Positions 43,494 through 52,990 of a DNA stretch of 64,000 nucleotides are shown here, piece by piece; position 1 is the first letter of the stretch, and every line of letters begins with the position of its first letter. The DNA is from a bacterium (GTDB lineage Bacteria; UBA8248), in the NCBI GenBank assembly GCA_965203325.1, contig OZ241875.1, forward strand, positions 2,176,001 through 2,240,000, written 5' to 3'. Made by a program: the position numbers and the translations under genes. The notes below the pieces were generated by a model. The model saw only the letters and a program-made list of their open reading frames with translations, was not told the origin of the DNA and did not search any database.

Positions 43494-43529
43494 TGCCAAA
43501 TAGCGTGTCAAATAGTGCGTCAAATAACG
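43494..43529 (+). repeat. Tandem 12-bp direct repeat array 1 (3 units)
   Basis: TGCCAAATAGCG TGTCAAATAGTG CGTCAAATAACG. Confidence 0.9.
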
Positions 43530-43560
43530 AACGATTAAGAGCTTATTTCCAAAAATAAAT

Positions 43561-43590
43561 TTGACAACTATTTAATAATCATATATTTAT
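43561..43590 (+). promoter_or_regulatory. Putative sigma70 promoter of the Fic gene
   Basis: TTGACA at 43561-43566 followed by an AT-rich -10 region (TATATT/TATTTA at 43582-43589). Confidence 0.55.
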
Positions 43591-43604
43591 GAATTTATAT
43601 TCTT

Positions 43605-43640
43605 TGCCAAATAGCGTGCCAAATAACGTGTCAAATAAGG
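43605..43640 (+). repeat. Tandem 12-bp direct repeat array 2 (3 units)
   Basis: TGCCAAATAGCG TGCCAAATAACG TGTCAAATAAGG; the last unit overlaps the AAGGAG RBS. Confidence 0.9.
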
Positions 43641-43647
43641 AGATAAA

Positions 43648-44838
43648 TTGGACTGGAAAAAGTTCAGATTCGAATATCGATACGAAAACTCAGGCTTCAG
43701 AAATACCATTGTCTCCATAGAGGCGTCCAAAGAAGCGGCAATGAGCCTCATTCTCCCTCCTGATTGGAAAGAGACATTGAACAAGCTCAACCGCGTCCGC
43801 GCCATTCACGGCACCACGGCCATCGAGGGAAACCCCCTTTCAGAAGCCGAAGTTTCAAGGCAAATCGAGGCCCAGGAACAATCCGCCGATCATCAGGATG
43901 ATACGCAGCTCAGCAAGGAGCAAATTCAGATTAGAAACGCCGGGGCCGCGCAAACATGGGTCCAAGGGAGATTCCAACCCGGCAGCGACCCTTTTACTCT
44001 CTTTGACATTTTAACCATGCACAAAATGATCACCGAGAACGCCGACATGACGGATAACACACCCGGGCAGTTGAGAGCCTTTTCGGTTACCGTCGGAAGC
44101 CCGTCTCTGGGAGGCGTTCACAGGGGTGCGCCGCACGAGGAACTGCCCAGTTTAATGAACGAATACATCGAATTTTTGCACTCCCGCAAAATGGAGGCGG
44201 AACACTCCGCCATACGTGCGTTACTTGCGCATTTTTTCCTGGTGACCATCCACCCGTTCGGCGATGGAAACGGCAGAGCTTCCCGCCTGGTGGAGGCGGG
44301 AATCTTGTTCCGTGGGGGGTATAACGTACACGGGTTCTATGGGCTGTCGAATTATTTCTACCGGAACGACGATGAATACAAAAGACTTCTTCAAAAGTGT
44401 AGAGAAGAACAACCCTTCGATGTTACCCCGTTCATTACTTTTGGCTTACAGGGCTTTATGGAGGAATTGAAAGGAATCAACAATTTCATCAAGACGAAGC
44501 TGAATCGAATCGTCTATCGAAACATGCTGGTGCAAGCGCGCAACAAGAAGATATCCGAAAGGAGATACCTGATTAACGACAGGGAATACAATCTCCTTGA
44601 TTTTTTAATCACAGAAACCGAACCCGTCGATCCATTCTCCGATCAACCCTCAAGGGTGATCGGCGCTACGGAGTTGATCGGATCTCCGTATATACGAGGC
44701 GCATACAGGAACGTAACCACGAGAACTCTCATCAGAGAATTGCTCCGGCTTGAGCAGTTTGGCTTCATCAAAGTCACTGATACACCACCTAATGACCTGA
44801 ATATCGAACTGGACTTCGACGCCATAGGGAAATACTAA
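43648..44838 (+). CDS. Fic-domain protein (class II-type) with a probable C-terminal winged HTH
   Basis: Canonical HPFGDGNGRASR; N-terminal inhibitory motif TTAIEGN; C-terminal VTTRTLIRELLRLEQFGFI. Confidence 0.9.
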   Translation: MDWKKFRFEYRYENSGFRNTIVSIEASKEAAMSLILPPDWKETLNKLNRVRAIHGTTAIEGNPLSEAEVSRQIEAQEQSADHQDDTQLSKEQIQIRNAGAAQTWVQGRFQPGSDPFTLFDILTMHKMITENADMTDNTPGQLRAFSVTVGSPSLGGVHRGAPHEELPSLMNEYIEFLHSRKMEAEHSAIRALLAHFFLVTIHPFGDGNGRASRLVEAGILFRGGYNVHGFYGLSNYFYRNDDEYKRLLQKCREEQPFDVTPFITFGLQGFMEELKGINNFIKTKLNRIVYRNMLVQARNKKISERRYLINDREYNLLDFLITETEPVDPFSDQPSRVIGATELIGSPYIRGAYRNVTTRTLIRELLRLEQFGFIKVTDTPPNDLNIELDFDAIGKY

Positions 44839-44865
44839 TTCACGCCCCACTCGATAAGTGCCCCC

Positions 44866-45351
44866 TCAAGTCAACGGTTCGTCCCTAATCCACCGCGCGA
44901 GGGCCTTTTCGGGGTCTGCGATCTCATCTATCGAGGTGTAGAAGGAGGCCTCCCAGCCGACTTCGGGCAGGCCGGTGAAGATCATGAGGTTCAGCGGATA
45001 GGCTTCGCAATCCGTGGAGCGCCTGAAATCATCGCGGAACAAGAAGACGGGCTTCCCCCAGGCGACCGCCATGCCGAGCTCCACCATCACGCCCTCATCG
45101 GGCGGACAGCCGTTCACCACGCCGAAAAATCCCGCCGCCTCGCGCACGTCGCGCATGTCGTTCTGCCCGACGCGGTACGCCCAGCCGGGCTGCGCGAGCA
45201 TCTCGGGCTGGTTGTTGCGCGTGAACGGCTCCCACACTTCGGCGCCCACGGCTTCCAGCGCCGCCACGAGTTCCTTCAGCGGCCCCTCGCGCTGCTGCAA
45301 TGAAAAGCCGTACGGGCTCGCCAGATACAGGGTCTTATCCGACATGCTCAC
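44866..45351 (-). CDS. Nucleoside 2-deoxyribosyltransferase-family protein
   Basis: LYLASPYGFS, PDEGVMVELGMA.AWGKP, NLM. Confidence 0.8.
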   Translation of the reverse strand: MSMSDKTLYLASPYGFSLQQREGPLKELVAALEAVGAEVWEPFTRNNQPEMLAQPGWAYRVGQNDMRDVREAAGFFGVVNGCPPDEGVMVELGMAVAWGKPVFLFRDDFRRSTDCEAYPLNLMIFTGLPEVGWEASFYTSIDEIADPEKALARWIRDEPLT

Positions 45352-45491
45352 CCCCTCTCCTCTCTTGTTTCACCTCGCGCCGTCGATAAGGGAGCGCGCG
45401 CCATACTCCCACACGAAGCGAGAGATCGTCCAGCGCGGGCGCGGCCCCTCCCGAAGCGGCGCATCCATCGACGCATGCCTCCCGTTCGTCC

Positions 45492-46646
45492 TCACTTCAC
45501 GTTCTCGCCGAAAGCGGCGAAGGCCAGCCCCGCACACAGCGCGAGTCCCGCGGCGACGTGGAGCAGCGTCACGAACCCCCATACCGGGAGCAGCCAGCCC
45601 GCCAGCAGCGCGCCGAGCGTGGAGCCGACCCCCCAGGTGGCGGCGCTGTAGAGGGATTGCGCTGTGTTCTTCGTCGCCGCACTGCTCAGGCGGTCGACGT
45701 ACTGGATCGCGCCCGCGTGGAAGACGCCGAATGCGACGCCGTGCAGGAGTTGAATGAGGATGAGCAAAACCGCGTCCGTCGTGAGGGCGACGAACTCCCA
45801 ACGGAGCCCGGCGGCGATCATGCCAGCGGCGATCATCCACTTGAGGCCGAATCTTTTCTGGATGGCCTGCGCGTAGATGAGAAAAACGATTTCGCTCACC
45901 ACGCCCACCGTCCACGCGAGGGCGATCAGGTCCGCCGAAAGCCCGAGTTGTTTGAGCCTGATGCTGAAATAAATCCCGAAAGGCCCTGCGGAAATCGAGG
46001 CGAACGTCGTGGTGAGGAGGAAGACGGCGAGCGGGCGGCTTTTGAGCAAAAGGCCCAGGTCGGCCCGGAAGCGCGGGCGCGCGCGGCCCGTCTCTCTCGG
46101 CAGAAAAAAAATCACGAAGACGAGAAGAAGACCCACGCCCGCCACGAACGGAAAGATGGAGGCGACCCCGGTGGTCTCCACCAGACGGCCCGCGCCCATC
46201 GCCGCGACGATGAAGCCCAGCGATCCCCACAGGCGCACCCGGCCGTATTGCGCGCCGGTGGCCTCTATCTCGCGCAGGCAAAGGTTCTCGGCTATCGGCA
46301 CGAGGGGGGCTCTCAAAGCGGAGAAGAGCGTGATCAATATGAGCAGGGCGAGGAAACCGCTCGCGCCCCAAAGGAGAAGAGCTAAAAGAGAACTCGCTAT
46401 CGCGCACGTGAAGGCCACGCTTCGGCCCAGGCGGAACTTGTCCGCGAGCGCGCCGAACAGGGGAGGTGCTACCGCGCTCGAAAGACGCGGCGCCGCGTTC
46501 AACAGGCCGAGCTGGAACCCGCTCACGCCCGCGGAATGATAAAAGATGTTCAGGAACGGGAGCATGACGCCGACGGCGAAAAAATGCAGGAAATAAAACG
46601 CGGGCATCCGCCAGAAGGGGACAGGGCCTGCGGCTTGCGCGCTCAC
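45492..46646 (-). CDS. MFS transporter (HcaT/MFS_1-like)
   Basis: About 12 TM segments, GALADKF, YGRVRLWGSLG, QLLHG; start uncertain (46607-46733). Confidence 0.85.
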   Translation of the reverse strand: MSAQAAGPVPFWRMPAFYFLHFFAVGVMLPFLNIFYHSAGVSGFQLGLLNAAPRLSSAVAPPLFGALADKFRLGRSVAFTCAIASSLLALLLWGASGFLALLILITLFSALRAPLVPIAENLCLREIEATGAQYGRVRLWGSLGFIVAAMGAGRLVETTGVASIFPFVAGVGLLLVFVIFFLPRETGRARPRFRADLGLLLKSRPLAVFLLTTTFASISAGPFGIYFSIRLKQLGLSADLIALAWTVGVVSEIVFLIYAQAIQKRFGLKWMIAAGMIAAGLRWEFVALTTDAVLLILIQLLHGVAFGVFHAGAIQYVDRLSSAATKNTAQSLYSAATWGVGSTLGALLAGWLLPVWGFVTLLHVAAGLALCAGLAFAAFGENVK

Positions 46647-46955
46647 GGGCGCGCCCAGTGAATACGGGGCACCTGGAACCTCTCCACCCGGGCGGGAAAA
46701 CCCATTCGACCACGATGTGAAAACGATTTCCACCCGCGCGGCGGTTTCTTCTTCGGCACGGTTTTGTTATCCTCCACGCGCGACGGGTTGTTTCGTTCCA
46801 AACCAACAGATCGAACGCCGTGCGGTCCGTTCAGCAGCCCGGATTCAGGGGCCGCAGCGGCGAATCCAAAACCGACGAATCGCGGGTAACTCCCCCGAAT
46901 GGGGGAATTTCATATAACTTCTTCACCTCATGGCAATTCCAGCAGGAGCAAAATC

Positions 46956-47984
46956 ATGAGCACGAACGACCTGGCGAAAATCGCCGAGCAGATGGTGGCG
47001 CCCGGCAAGGGCATCCTCGCGGCGGACGAGAGTTCGGGCACGATCCAAAAGCGCCTCGACAGCATCGGCGTCGAATCCACCGAGGAGAACCGGCGCGCCT
47101 ACCGCGAGCTTCTCTTCACAACGGAGGGAATCGAGGAATACATCAGCGGCGTCATCCTCTTCGACGAGACGCTGCGCCAGAGCGCTGCGGACGGGACGAA
47201 CTTCGGCGCGCTGCTCGACTCGCGCGGCATCCTCCCCGGCATCAAGGTCGACAAGGGCGCCAAGGACCTGGCCTTCGCACCGGGCGAGAAGGTCACCGAG
47301 GGCCTCGACGGCCTGCGCGAGCGGCTTAGCGAGTACGTCTCACTCGGGGCCACGTTCACCAAGTGGCGCGCCGTCATCACCATCGGCGAGGGAATCCCCT
47401 CGGCGTACTGCATCGAGGCCAACGCGCACGGCCTCGCGCGCTACGCCGCGCTCTCCCAGGAAGCGGGCCTCGTGCCCATCGTGGAGCCCGAGGTGCTCAT
47501 GGACGCGGACAACACCATCGAGGTCTGCGAGCAAGTGACGAACGAGACGCTCGAGAGCGTCTTCGGCGCCCTGCACCAACACCGTGTCTCGCTCGAGGGC
47601 ATGATCCTCAAACCCAACATGGTGATCTCGGGCAAGGGGTGCCCGGTCCAGGCGGGCGTGGGGGAAGTGGCCGAGGCCACCGTCCGCTCTCTCACGAGAA
47701 ACGTGCCCGCCGCCGTGCCCGGCATCTGCTTCCTCTCGGGCGGGCAGAGCGACGCCGTCGCCACCGCGCACTTAAACGCGATGAACGCGATGGGCCCCCA
47801 CCCCTGGGAGCTCAGCTTCTCCTACGGCCGCGCGCTGCAGGCGCCGGCGCTCAAGGGCTGGGGCGGCGACGCCGCGAACGTATCCCTTGCCCAGAGGCTC
47901 TTCCTCCACCGGTGCAAGTGCAACGGCGCCGCGCGAACCGGAGCGTATGAGGACGCGATGGAAGAAGAAGTCGCCGCCGCGTAG
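46956..47984 (+). CDS. fba: Fructose-bisphosphate aldolase class I
   Basis: GKGILAADES, GIKVDKG, KWRAV, VPIVEPE, LKPNMV Schiff-base lysine, FSYGRALQ. Confidence 0.95.
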   Translation: MSTNDLAKIAEQMVAPGKGILAADESSGTIQKRLDSIGVESTEENRRAYRELLFTTEGIEEYISGVILFDETLRQSAADGTNFGALLDSRGILPGIKVDKGAKDLAFAPGEKVTEGLDGLRERLSEYVSLGATFTKWRAVITIGEGIPSAYCIEANAHGLARYAALSQEAGLVPIVEPEVLMDADNTIEVCEQVTNETLESVFGALHQHRVSLEGMILKPNMVISGKGCPVQAGVGEVAEATVRSLTRNVPAAVPGICFLSGGQSDAVATAHLNAMNAMGPHPWELSFSYGRALQAPALKGWGGDAANVSLAQRLFLHRCKCNGAARTGAYEDAMEEEVAAA

Positions 47985-48020
47985 CAGGCAAGCGACCGCC
48001 CGCGAAGGACAGGAGAGAGG

Positions 48021-49061
48021 ATGCAGCAGGAAGCCGCTACCGTCGCCAGCACAAGCTTCAAGGGAATGACGCTCGAGCGCCACATCCGCGAGGAAGAGCG
48101 AAACCACCCGGGCGCGCGGGGGCTCTTCACCCGCCTCGTCACGCAGATCACCCTGGCCGCCAAGATCATCAACGCCGAGGTCAACAAGGCGGGCCTCGTG
48201 GACATCCTCGGGCTGACCGGCGAGATGAACGTGCAAGGCGAGGAAGTCCAGAAGCTCGATGAATACGCGAACGACGTGATGCGAAGGGCCCTCGACCACA
48301 CGGGTTCGGTGGCCGCTCTGGCGAGCGAGGAGATGGAGGAAGTCTATGTCGTCCCCGGCAAATACGTGGAGGGCGGCGAATACGTGGTGCTCTACGACCC
48401 GCTGGACGGCTCCTCGAACATCGACGTGAACGTGAGCATCGGCTCGATCTTCTCCATCCTGCGCCGCAGGGGGGAGAGCGGCCCCACGGAACTCGACGAC
48501 TTCCTCCAGCCGGGCGTCGAGCAGGTCTGCGCGGGCTACGTCATCTACGGCTCCTCCACCATGCTGGTCTACACCACGGGCAACGGCGTCGACGGCTTCA
48601 CCCTCGACCCCTCTGTGGGCGAGTTCTTCCTCTCCCACCCCGACATCCGGATTCCCGAGCGCGGGAAGATATACAGCATCAACGAGGGCAACTCCTCGAA
48701 GTGGGACGAATCCACCTCCCGCTACGTCGCGTATTTGAAAGACGAGGACGCCGATTCGGGCCGCCCCTATTCGGGCCGCTACATCGGCTCGCTGGTGGCC
48801 GATTTCCACAGAAACCTGCTCAAGGGCGGCATCTTCCTCTATCCGGGCGACAGGAAAAACCCGGACGGCAAGCTGCGCCTTCTCTACGAGTGCAACCCGA
48901 TGTCCTTCATCGCGGAACAGGCGGGGGGCGCTGCGAGCGACGGCCGCCGCAGGGTGATGGAGATCCAGCCCGAAAAACTACACCAGCGCATTCCCTTCAT
49001 CGTCGGCAGCAAGCGCGACGTCGCCGACGCCAACCGCTTCATGTCCGGAGGAGGAAACTGA
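48021..49061 (+). CDS. fbp: Fructose-1,6-bisphosphatase class I
   Basis: NVQGEEVQKLD, DPLDGSSNIDVN, RYIGSLVADFHR, GKLRLLYE. Confidence 0.96.
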   Translation: MQQEAATVASTSFKGMTLERHIREEERNHPGARGLFTRLVTQITLAAKIINAEVNKAGLVDILGLTGEMNVQGEEVQKLDEYANDVMRRALDHTGSVAALASEEMEEVYVVPGKYVEGGEYVVLYDPLDGSSNIDVNVSIGSIFSILRRRGESGPTELDDFLQPGVEQVCAGYVIYGSSTMLVYTTGNGVDGFTLDPSVGEFFLSHPDIRIPERGKIYSINEGNSSKWDESTSRYVAYLKDEDADSGRPYSGRYIGSLVADFHRNLLKGGIFLYPGDRKNPDGKLRLLYECNPMSFIAEQAGGAASDGRRRVMEIQPEKLHQRIPFIVGSKRDVADANRFMSGGGN

Positions 49062-49961
49062 ATGCAGACGCACCGCCCCGTAATTTTATTCCTCGCCGCC
49101 GCCCTGTCCACCGGATGCGTGGGCATCGAAGACTACGAGCGAAAGACGGATGAAGCCGCCGGCCTCAGGAAGGAGCTTTCGGATCAACAGAGCCGGATCG
49201 ACGGGCTTCGCCGGAACATCGAGGAACTCGAAGGACGGATCAAGCAAAAAGACCTGGAAACCCAGGAACTCAGCCAGTCCCTCACCATGGCCAGGCGCCA
49301 CAGCCAGCAGACGGAGACGCGCGTGGCCGACCTGCGCGCGCAGTTGACCGCCCAGCAGTCGCAGCAAACCGAGAGCGCCAAGAAGGCCGGGCGCTTCGAG
49401 CGCGCGTACGAGAACTCGCGCGCACGGGTCCGGGAGCTTCAGAAAAACCTCGTCGCCACACAAAAGAAACTCCTGCGCTTCGAGGACAGGATTCGCTTCC
49501 AGATCCAGCTCGAAAAGGACATGAAGGCGCAGTTCTCGAGAGAACGACGCCGCGGAACCGTGGAGGTGCGGCGCGCCGGCGACCGGGTGATCATCAGCAT
49601 CGCGAGCGCCATCCTCTTCAAGTCGGGAAGCGCCAAGGTCCGCTCCGAGAGCAAGGCCCTGCTCGTGAAGTTCTCGAGCCTTCTGCGCCGCTACTCGAAC
49701 CGCGAGGTGCAGGTGCAGGGCCACACCGACAACGTGCAGATTTCCGATCGCCTGGCGGAGCGCTGGGAGACGAACTGGGAGCTCTCCGCCGCGCGCGCCA
49801 CGCGGGTGCTGCGCTATTTCGTCGAGGTGGGCAACCTCGACCCGCGCCGGGTCTCGGGTGCGGGGATGGGCGAGTTCCGCCCGATCGCCGACAACGACAC
49901 GCGCGAGGGCCGGCGGACGAACCGCAGGATCGAAATCGTCATCTTCCCCCCCGACTCCTAA
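49062..49961 (+). CDS. OmpA/MotB-family lipoprotein with a coiled coil
   Basis: Lipobox STGC, coiled coil, LFKSGSA, GHTDN, NWELSAARA, NRRIEI. Confidence 0.88.
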   Translation: MQTHRPVILFLAAALSTGCVGIEDYERKTDEAAGLRKELSDQQSRIDGLRRNIEELEGRIKQKDLETQELSQSLTMARRHSQQTETRVADLRAQLTAQQSQQTESAKKAGRFERAYENSRARVRELQKNLVATQKKLLRFEDRIRFQIQLEKDMKAQFSRERRRGTVEVRRAGDRVIISIASAILFKSGSAKVRSESKALLVKFSSLLRRYSNREVQVQGHTDNVQISDRLAERWETNWELSAARATRVLRYFVEVGNLDPRRVSGAGMGEFRPIADNDTREGRRTNRRIEIVIFPPDS

Positions 49962-50003
49962 GGGGCGAATTCTCTTCACGGCGTTCAGAGAAAGGACACC
50001 TTC

Positions 50004-50666
50004 TTGATCCTCGAGCGGATACCCGTCGGGCCCTTCCAGATGAACAGCTACGTCGTGGGCTGCGAGGAGACGAAAGAGGGCGCCTACGTCGACCCGGGCG
50101 CGGAGGTGGAGCGCGTCATCGCGGCGGCGCGCGGGCGCGGCCTCACCCTCACCAGGATCATCGGCACCCACGCCCATCTCGACCACGCCGAGGGCGCCGC
50201 GGAGGCGAAGGAAAAGCTCGGGATTCCCTACTGGCTCCATGAGGCGGAACTCTTCAACCTGCAAAACATCCCGAACGCGGCGCGCGGCTACGGCTTCCCC
50301 GAGCCGCCCGTCCCGGAGGTGGACGCTTACCTCACGCCCGGCGAGACGATCTCGGTGGGAAACCTCGAATTCGAGATCAGGCTCACCGACGGGCACGCGC
50401 CGGGCAACGTCACCCTCTACCGGCCGGGGGACGGGAACGAGCCGGGGCACGCCATCGTGGGCGACGCGCTCTTCGCGGGTTCGGTCGGGCGGACCGACCT
50501 CTACATGGGCGACGGGAACGTGCTCTTGAACGCCATCCGCACCCAACTGCTGACATTGCCTGACGATACTATCGTGCATCCGGGCCACGGTCCCGAGACC
50601 ACCATCGGCCACGAGAAAGCCACCAACCCCTTCTGCCGGCCCGGAGCCGAACAATTTCTGACTTGA
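50004..50666 (+). CDS. MBL-fold metallo-hydrolase (glyoxalase II-like)
   Basis: THAHLDH, GHAPG, GDALF.GSVGRTD, PGHG. Confidence 0.92.
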   Translation: MILERIPVGPFQMNSYVVGCEETKEGAYVDPGAEVERVIAAARGRGLTLTRIIGTHAHLDHAEGAAEAKEKLGIPYWLHEAELFNLQNIPNAARGYGFPEPPVPEVDAYLTPGETISVGNLEFEIRLTDGHAPGNVTLYRPGDGNEPGHAIVGDALFAGSVGRTDLYMGDGNVLLNAIRTQLLTLPDDTIVHPGHGPETTIGHEKATNPFCRPGAEQFLT

Positions 50667-51211
50667 ACGCCGACGCCCCGCAGGCCCACCCCCATCTCGG
50701 CGGCGGGGTGAAGTTCTGCGTCGCCTGCGGGAGTCCGCTCGTCTACCGCCCCTGGACGGAGGGAGACGGCACCACCCAGCTTTGCTGCAGCGCGGCGTCC
50801 TGCAACCACGTCCACTTCCTCGACCCCAAAGTCGCGGCGGGCGTCGTCGCGACGGTCGACGGGGAGGCCGTGCTCGTGCGGCGCGCCCACAACCCCGGCA
50901 AGGGGCTCTGGACGTTTCCGGGCGGCTTCGTGAACCGGGGCGAGGTGGTCGCAGAAGCCGCCGCGCGCGAGGCGAAAGAAGAAGCGGGGATCGAGGTGGC
51001 GGTCGATTCTCTTTTGGGCGTGTATTCCTTCGAGGGAAACGCCACCGTGCTCATCGTCTACACGGGCGTCGTGACGGCGGGCGCCCCCCGCGCGCTTTCC
51101 GAGACCACCGAGGTCAAGCTCGTCGCGCCCGATGCGATCGACTTCAGTGAGCTCGCCTTCGATACCACCCGCGCCGCCATGCGCGACTGGCAGGAGAGGG
51201 TGCGGGGGTAG
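50663..51211 (+). CDS. NUDIX hydrolase with an N-terminal zinc ribbon
   Basis: FCVACG...C...C; Nudix box GGFVNRGE....AAAREAKEEAG. Confidence 0.88.
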   Translation: MNADAPQAHPHLGGGVKFCVACGSPLVYRPWTEGDGTTQLCCSAASCNHVHFLDPKVAAGVVATVDGEAVLVRRAHNPGKGLWTFPGGFVNRGEVVAEAAAREAKEEAGIEVAVDSLLGVYSFEGNATVLIVYTGVVTAGAPRALSETTEVKLVAPDAIDFSELAFDTTRAAMRDWQERVRG

Positions 51212-51233
51212 GGACAGGCCCCTGTGCCTGTCC
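51208..51233 (+). repeat. GTAG-type REP-like palindrome
   Basis: GTAG-GGACAGGC-CCCTGT-GCCTGTCC; the GTAG overlaps the NUDIX TAG stop. Confidence 0.65.
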
Positions 51234-51290
51234 TGAAAAGGAACAACCACGGGAAGCAGGACAACCCACGCAAGTAGACCCCCTGTCCCC

Positions 51291-51650
51291 TCACGACGCT
51301 CCCGCGTATATCAGCGCGCCGGGTTTCAGAGGGGCGTTTTTCTTCGGTTTCTTCACCCGCAACTCCACCGTCATACCGAGTTTGACCATGTAGTCGATCA
51401 GCCGCTCGCGGGAGAAGCGCGAGAGCTTGCCGTTCATGAGATAGGACGCCTCGGGTTGCTTGATGTCGAGAATTCGCATCACATCCTTCTGAGTCAATTT
51501 CCTGGACCTAACCGTATCCAAAACGTCACTCAGAAGCTCAGCCCTCAACTGTATCTCATCCGCTTTCGGATGCCCGAGGTCCTTGAAGACATTGTGGCTT
51601 CCCTTGAAAATTTCAAATTCACTCATCTGCTCATCTCCTTTCGTACTCAC
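51291..51650 (-). CDS. XRE-family HTH antitoxin (HigA-like)
   Basis: GSHNVFKDLG, LTQ......I.QP..S.L.NGK..FS. Confidence 0.85.
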   Translation of the reverse strand: MSTKGDEQMSEFEIFKGSHNVFKDLGHPKADEIQLRAELLSDVLDTVRSRKLTQKDVMRILDIKQPEASYLMNGKLSRFSRERLIDYMVKLGMTVELRVKKPKKNAPLKPGALIYAGAS

Positions 51651-51658
51651 TCGATACT

Positions 51659-52027
51659 TTATCGGTTTTTCATATATTCAACCAACCTTTTGAAATTCGC
51701 CTCGATGATCCGCATTTCCCGCCCTGGCGTTTGGATTCCCCTTTTCGATTTCTTTTGAAAGGCGTGAAGAACACAGACAGCCTCCTTGAATTTCACCGTG
51801 TAGATTGCCCGATACGCGTTCCCGTCGTGGTTTCTGGTGATCTCCAAAACGCCGGCTCCCCTGAAGCCCTTCAGTGGCTTCGCGGAGGGGGCTTTTCCTC
51901 CCCATTGGGCTTCCTCAAAGGCGAAGTACATATCCTCCTGCACCTCATGGGGAAACTGCTCAAACGCATCCTTGCTCCTGCCTGCCCACCATATGGGTTT
52001 GGGCGTTTTCGACCTGATGCGTTGCAC
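51659..52027 (-). CDS. RelE/ParE-superfamily toxin (phage Gp49-like/HigB)
   Basis: KPLKGF.GAGVLEI, YRAIY, VLHAFQKKSK.G..TP. Confidence 0.85.
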   Translation of the reverse strand: MQRIRSKTPKPIWWAGRSKDAFEQFPHEVQEDMYFAFEEAQWGGKAPSAKPLKGFRGAGVLEITRNHDGNAYRAIYTVKFKEAVCVLHAFQKKSKRGIQTPGREMRIIEANFKRLVEYMKNR

Positions 52028-52101
52028 GGATATAATTCATCCTTTCTCCTCGCTGTTTGCTCATTGAAATTTTGTAAGGAAATTTATCCGGGTCATCAAC
52101 C

Positions 52102-52131
52102 AACATATAACATGACTGTTATATTCGTCAA
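52102..52131 (-). promoter_or_regulatory. TA promoter with a palindromic operator
   Basis: Minus strand TTGACG (52131-52126) and TATGTT (52107-52102); perfect inverted repeat ATATAACA-TGAC-TGTTATAT at 52105-52124. Confidence 0.65.
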
Positions 52132-52271
52132 CATCGAGCCGACTCATTCTGTATCCCCCTCCCCCTACTCTCCTCGCGCGCGCGATCATATAATCGGGCC
52201 ATCCGTTACGACCTTTCCGGTTCACGGGAGGCGCGCGCGGCGCGGCCTCTTACCAGATAAGGAGACGATAG

Positions 52272-52949
52272 ATGACGCTATCCGAAGAAACGCTCGCGAA
52301 GCTGAGAGCGATCGACACGCCCACGGTCTCGAACGCCGTGGAATCCTTCGGCGTGCGCCCGAGGACGCTCGGCCACACCGACGCGAGTATCGAGTGCATG
52401 TTCCCCGAGATGGGCGTGGCGCTCGGCTACGCCGTGACGTTCACGACGGGCGAATACGCCCCGGGCGAGGAGCGAACGCACGCATCGCGCATCGCGCTCT
52501 ACGAAGCCGTGGCGGCCGCGCCCAAGCCCTGCGTGCTCGTGCAGCAGGACGTCGGCCCGAAGCCCCGCTCGGCGTGCCTCTGGGGGGAGATCATGTCGAA
52601 CCTCTTCTCGCGCCTGGGTGCCGAGGGCGTGGTGACGGACGGGGTGGTGCGCGATATCGAAGAGATGCGCAAGGCGGGCTTCAAGACCTGGTGCGCGGGC
52701 ACCACGGTCTCGCGCGGCGACGTGCGCGTGGTGGCGGTGAACACGCCGGTATCGGTCGGCGGGATGGCCGTGGTTCCGGGCGACCTCATCCACGCGGACG
52801 GGGGCGGCGCGCTCGTGGTGCCGAAAGAGATCGCGGCGGAAGTCCCCGACGCCGCCGAGCGCGTACTCGCCAAAGAGGCCGATCTCCTCGACGCCATCCG
52901 CGCGGATGACTTCAGCCTGGAGGAGATCGTGAGGCGGTTTTATTCGTGA
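52272..52949 (+). CDS. RraA/HMG aldolase-family protein
   Basis: DTPTVSNA, GYAVT, WGEIM, VTDGVVRD, PGDLIHAD..G. Confidence 0.88.
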   Translation: MTLSEETLAKLRAIDTPTVSNAVESFGVRPRTLGHTDASIECMFPEMGVALGYAVTFTTGEYAPGEERTHASRIALYEAVAAAPKPCVLVQQDVGPKPRSACLWGEIMSNLFSRLGAEGVVTDGVVRDIEEMRKAGFKTWCAGTTVSRGDVRVVAVNTPVSVGGMAVVPGDLIHADGGGALVVPKEIAAEVPDAAERVLAKEADLLDAIRADDFSLEEIVRRFYS

Positions 52950-52990
52950 GGGGGGAGGGGACCACGCGGCATATCCACTAGCAACCCTGT

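Noticed and set aside
43494..43640. Possible CRISPR array
   Set aside because: Units are 12 bp and contiguous with no spacers; no cas genes.
44866..45351. NDT gene as part of a defence system with the Fic/TA islet
   Set aside because: It is on the opposite strand, has host-like GC-rich composition and is co-oriented with the MFS gene; there is no evidence of linkage.
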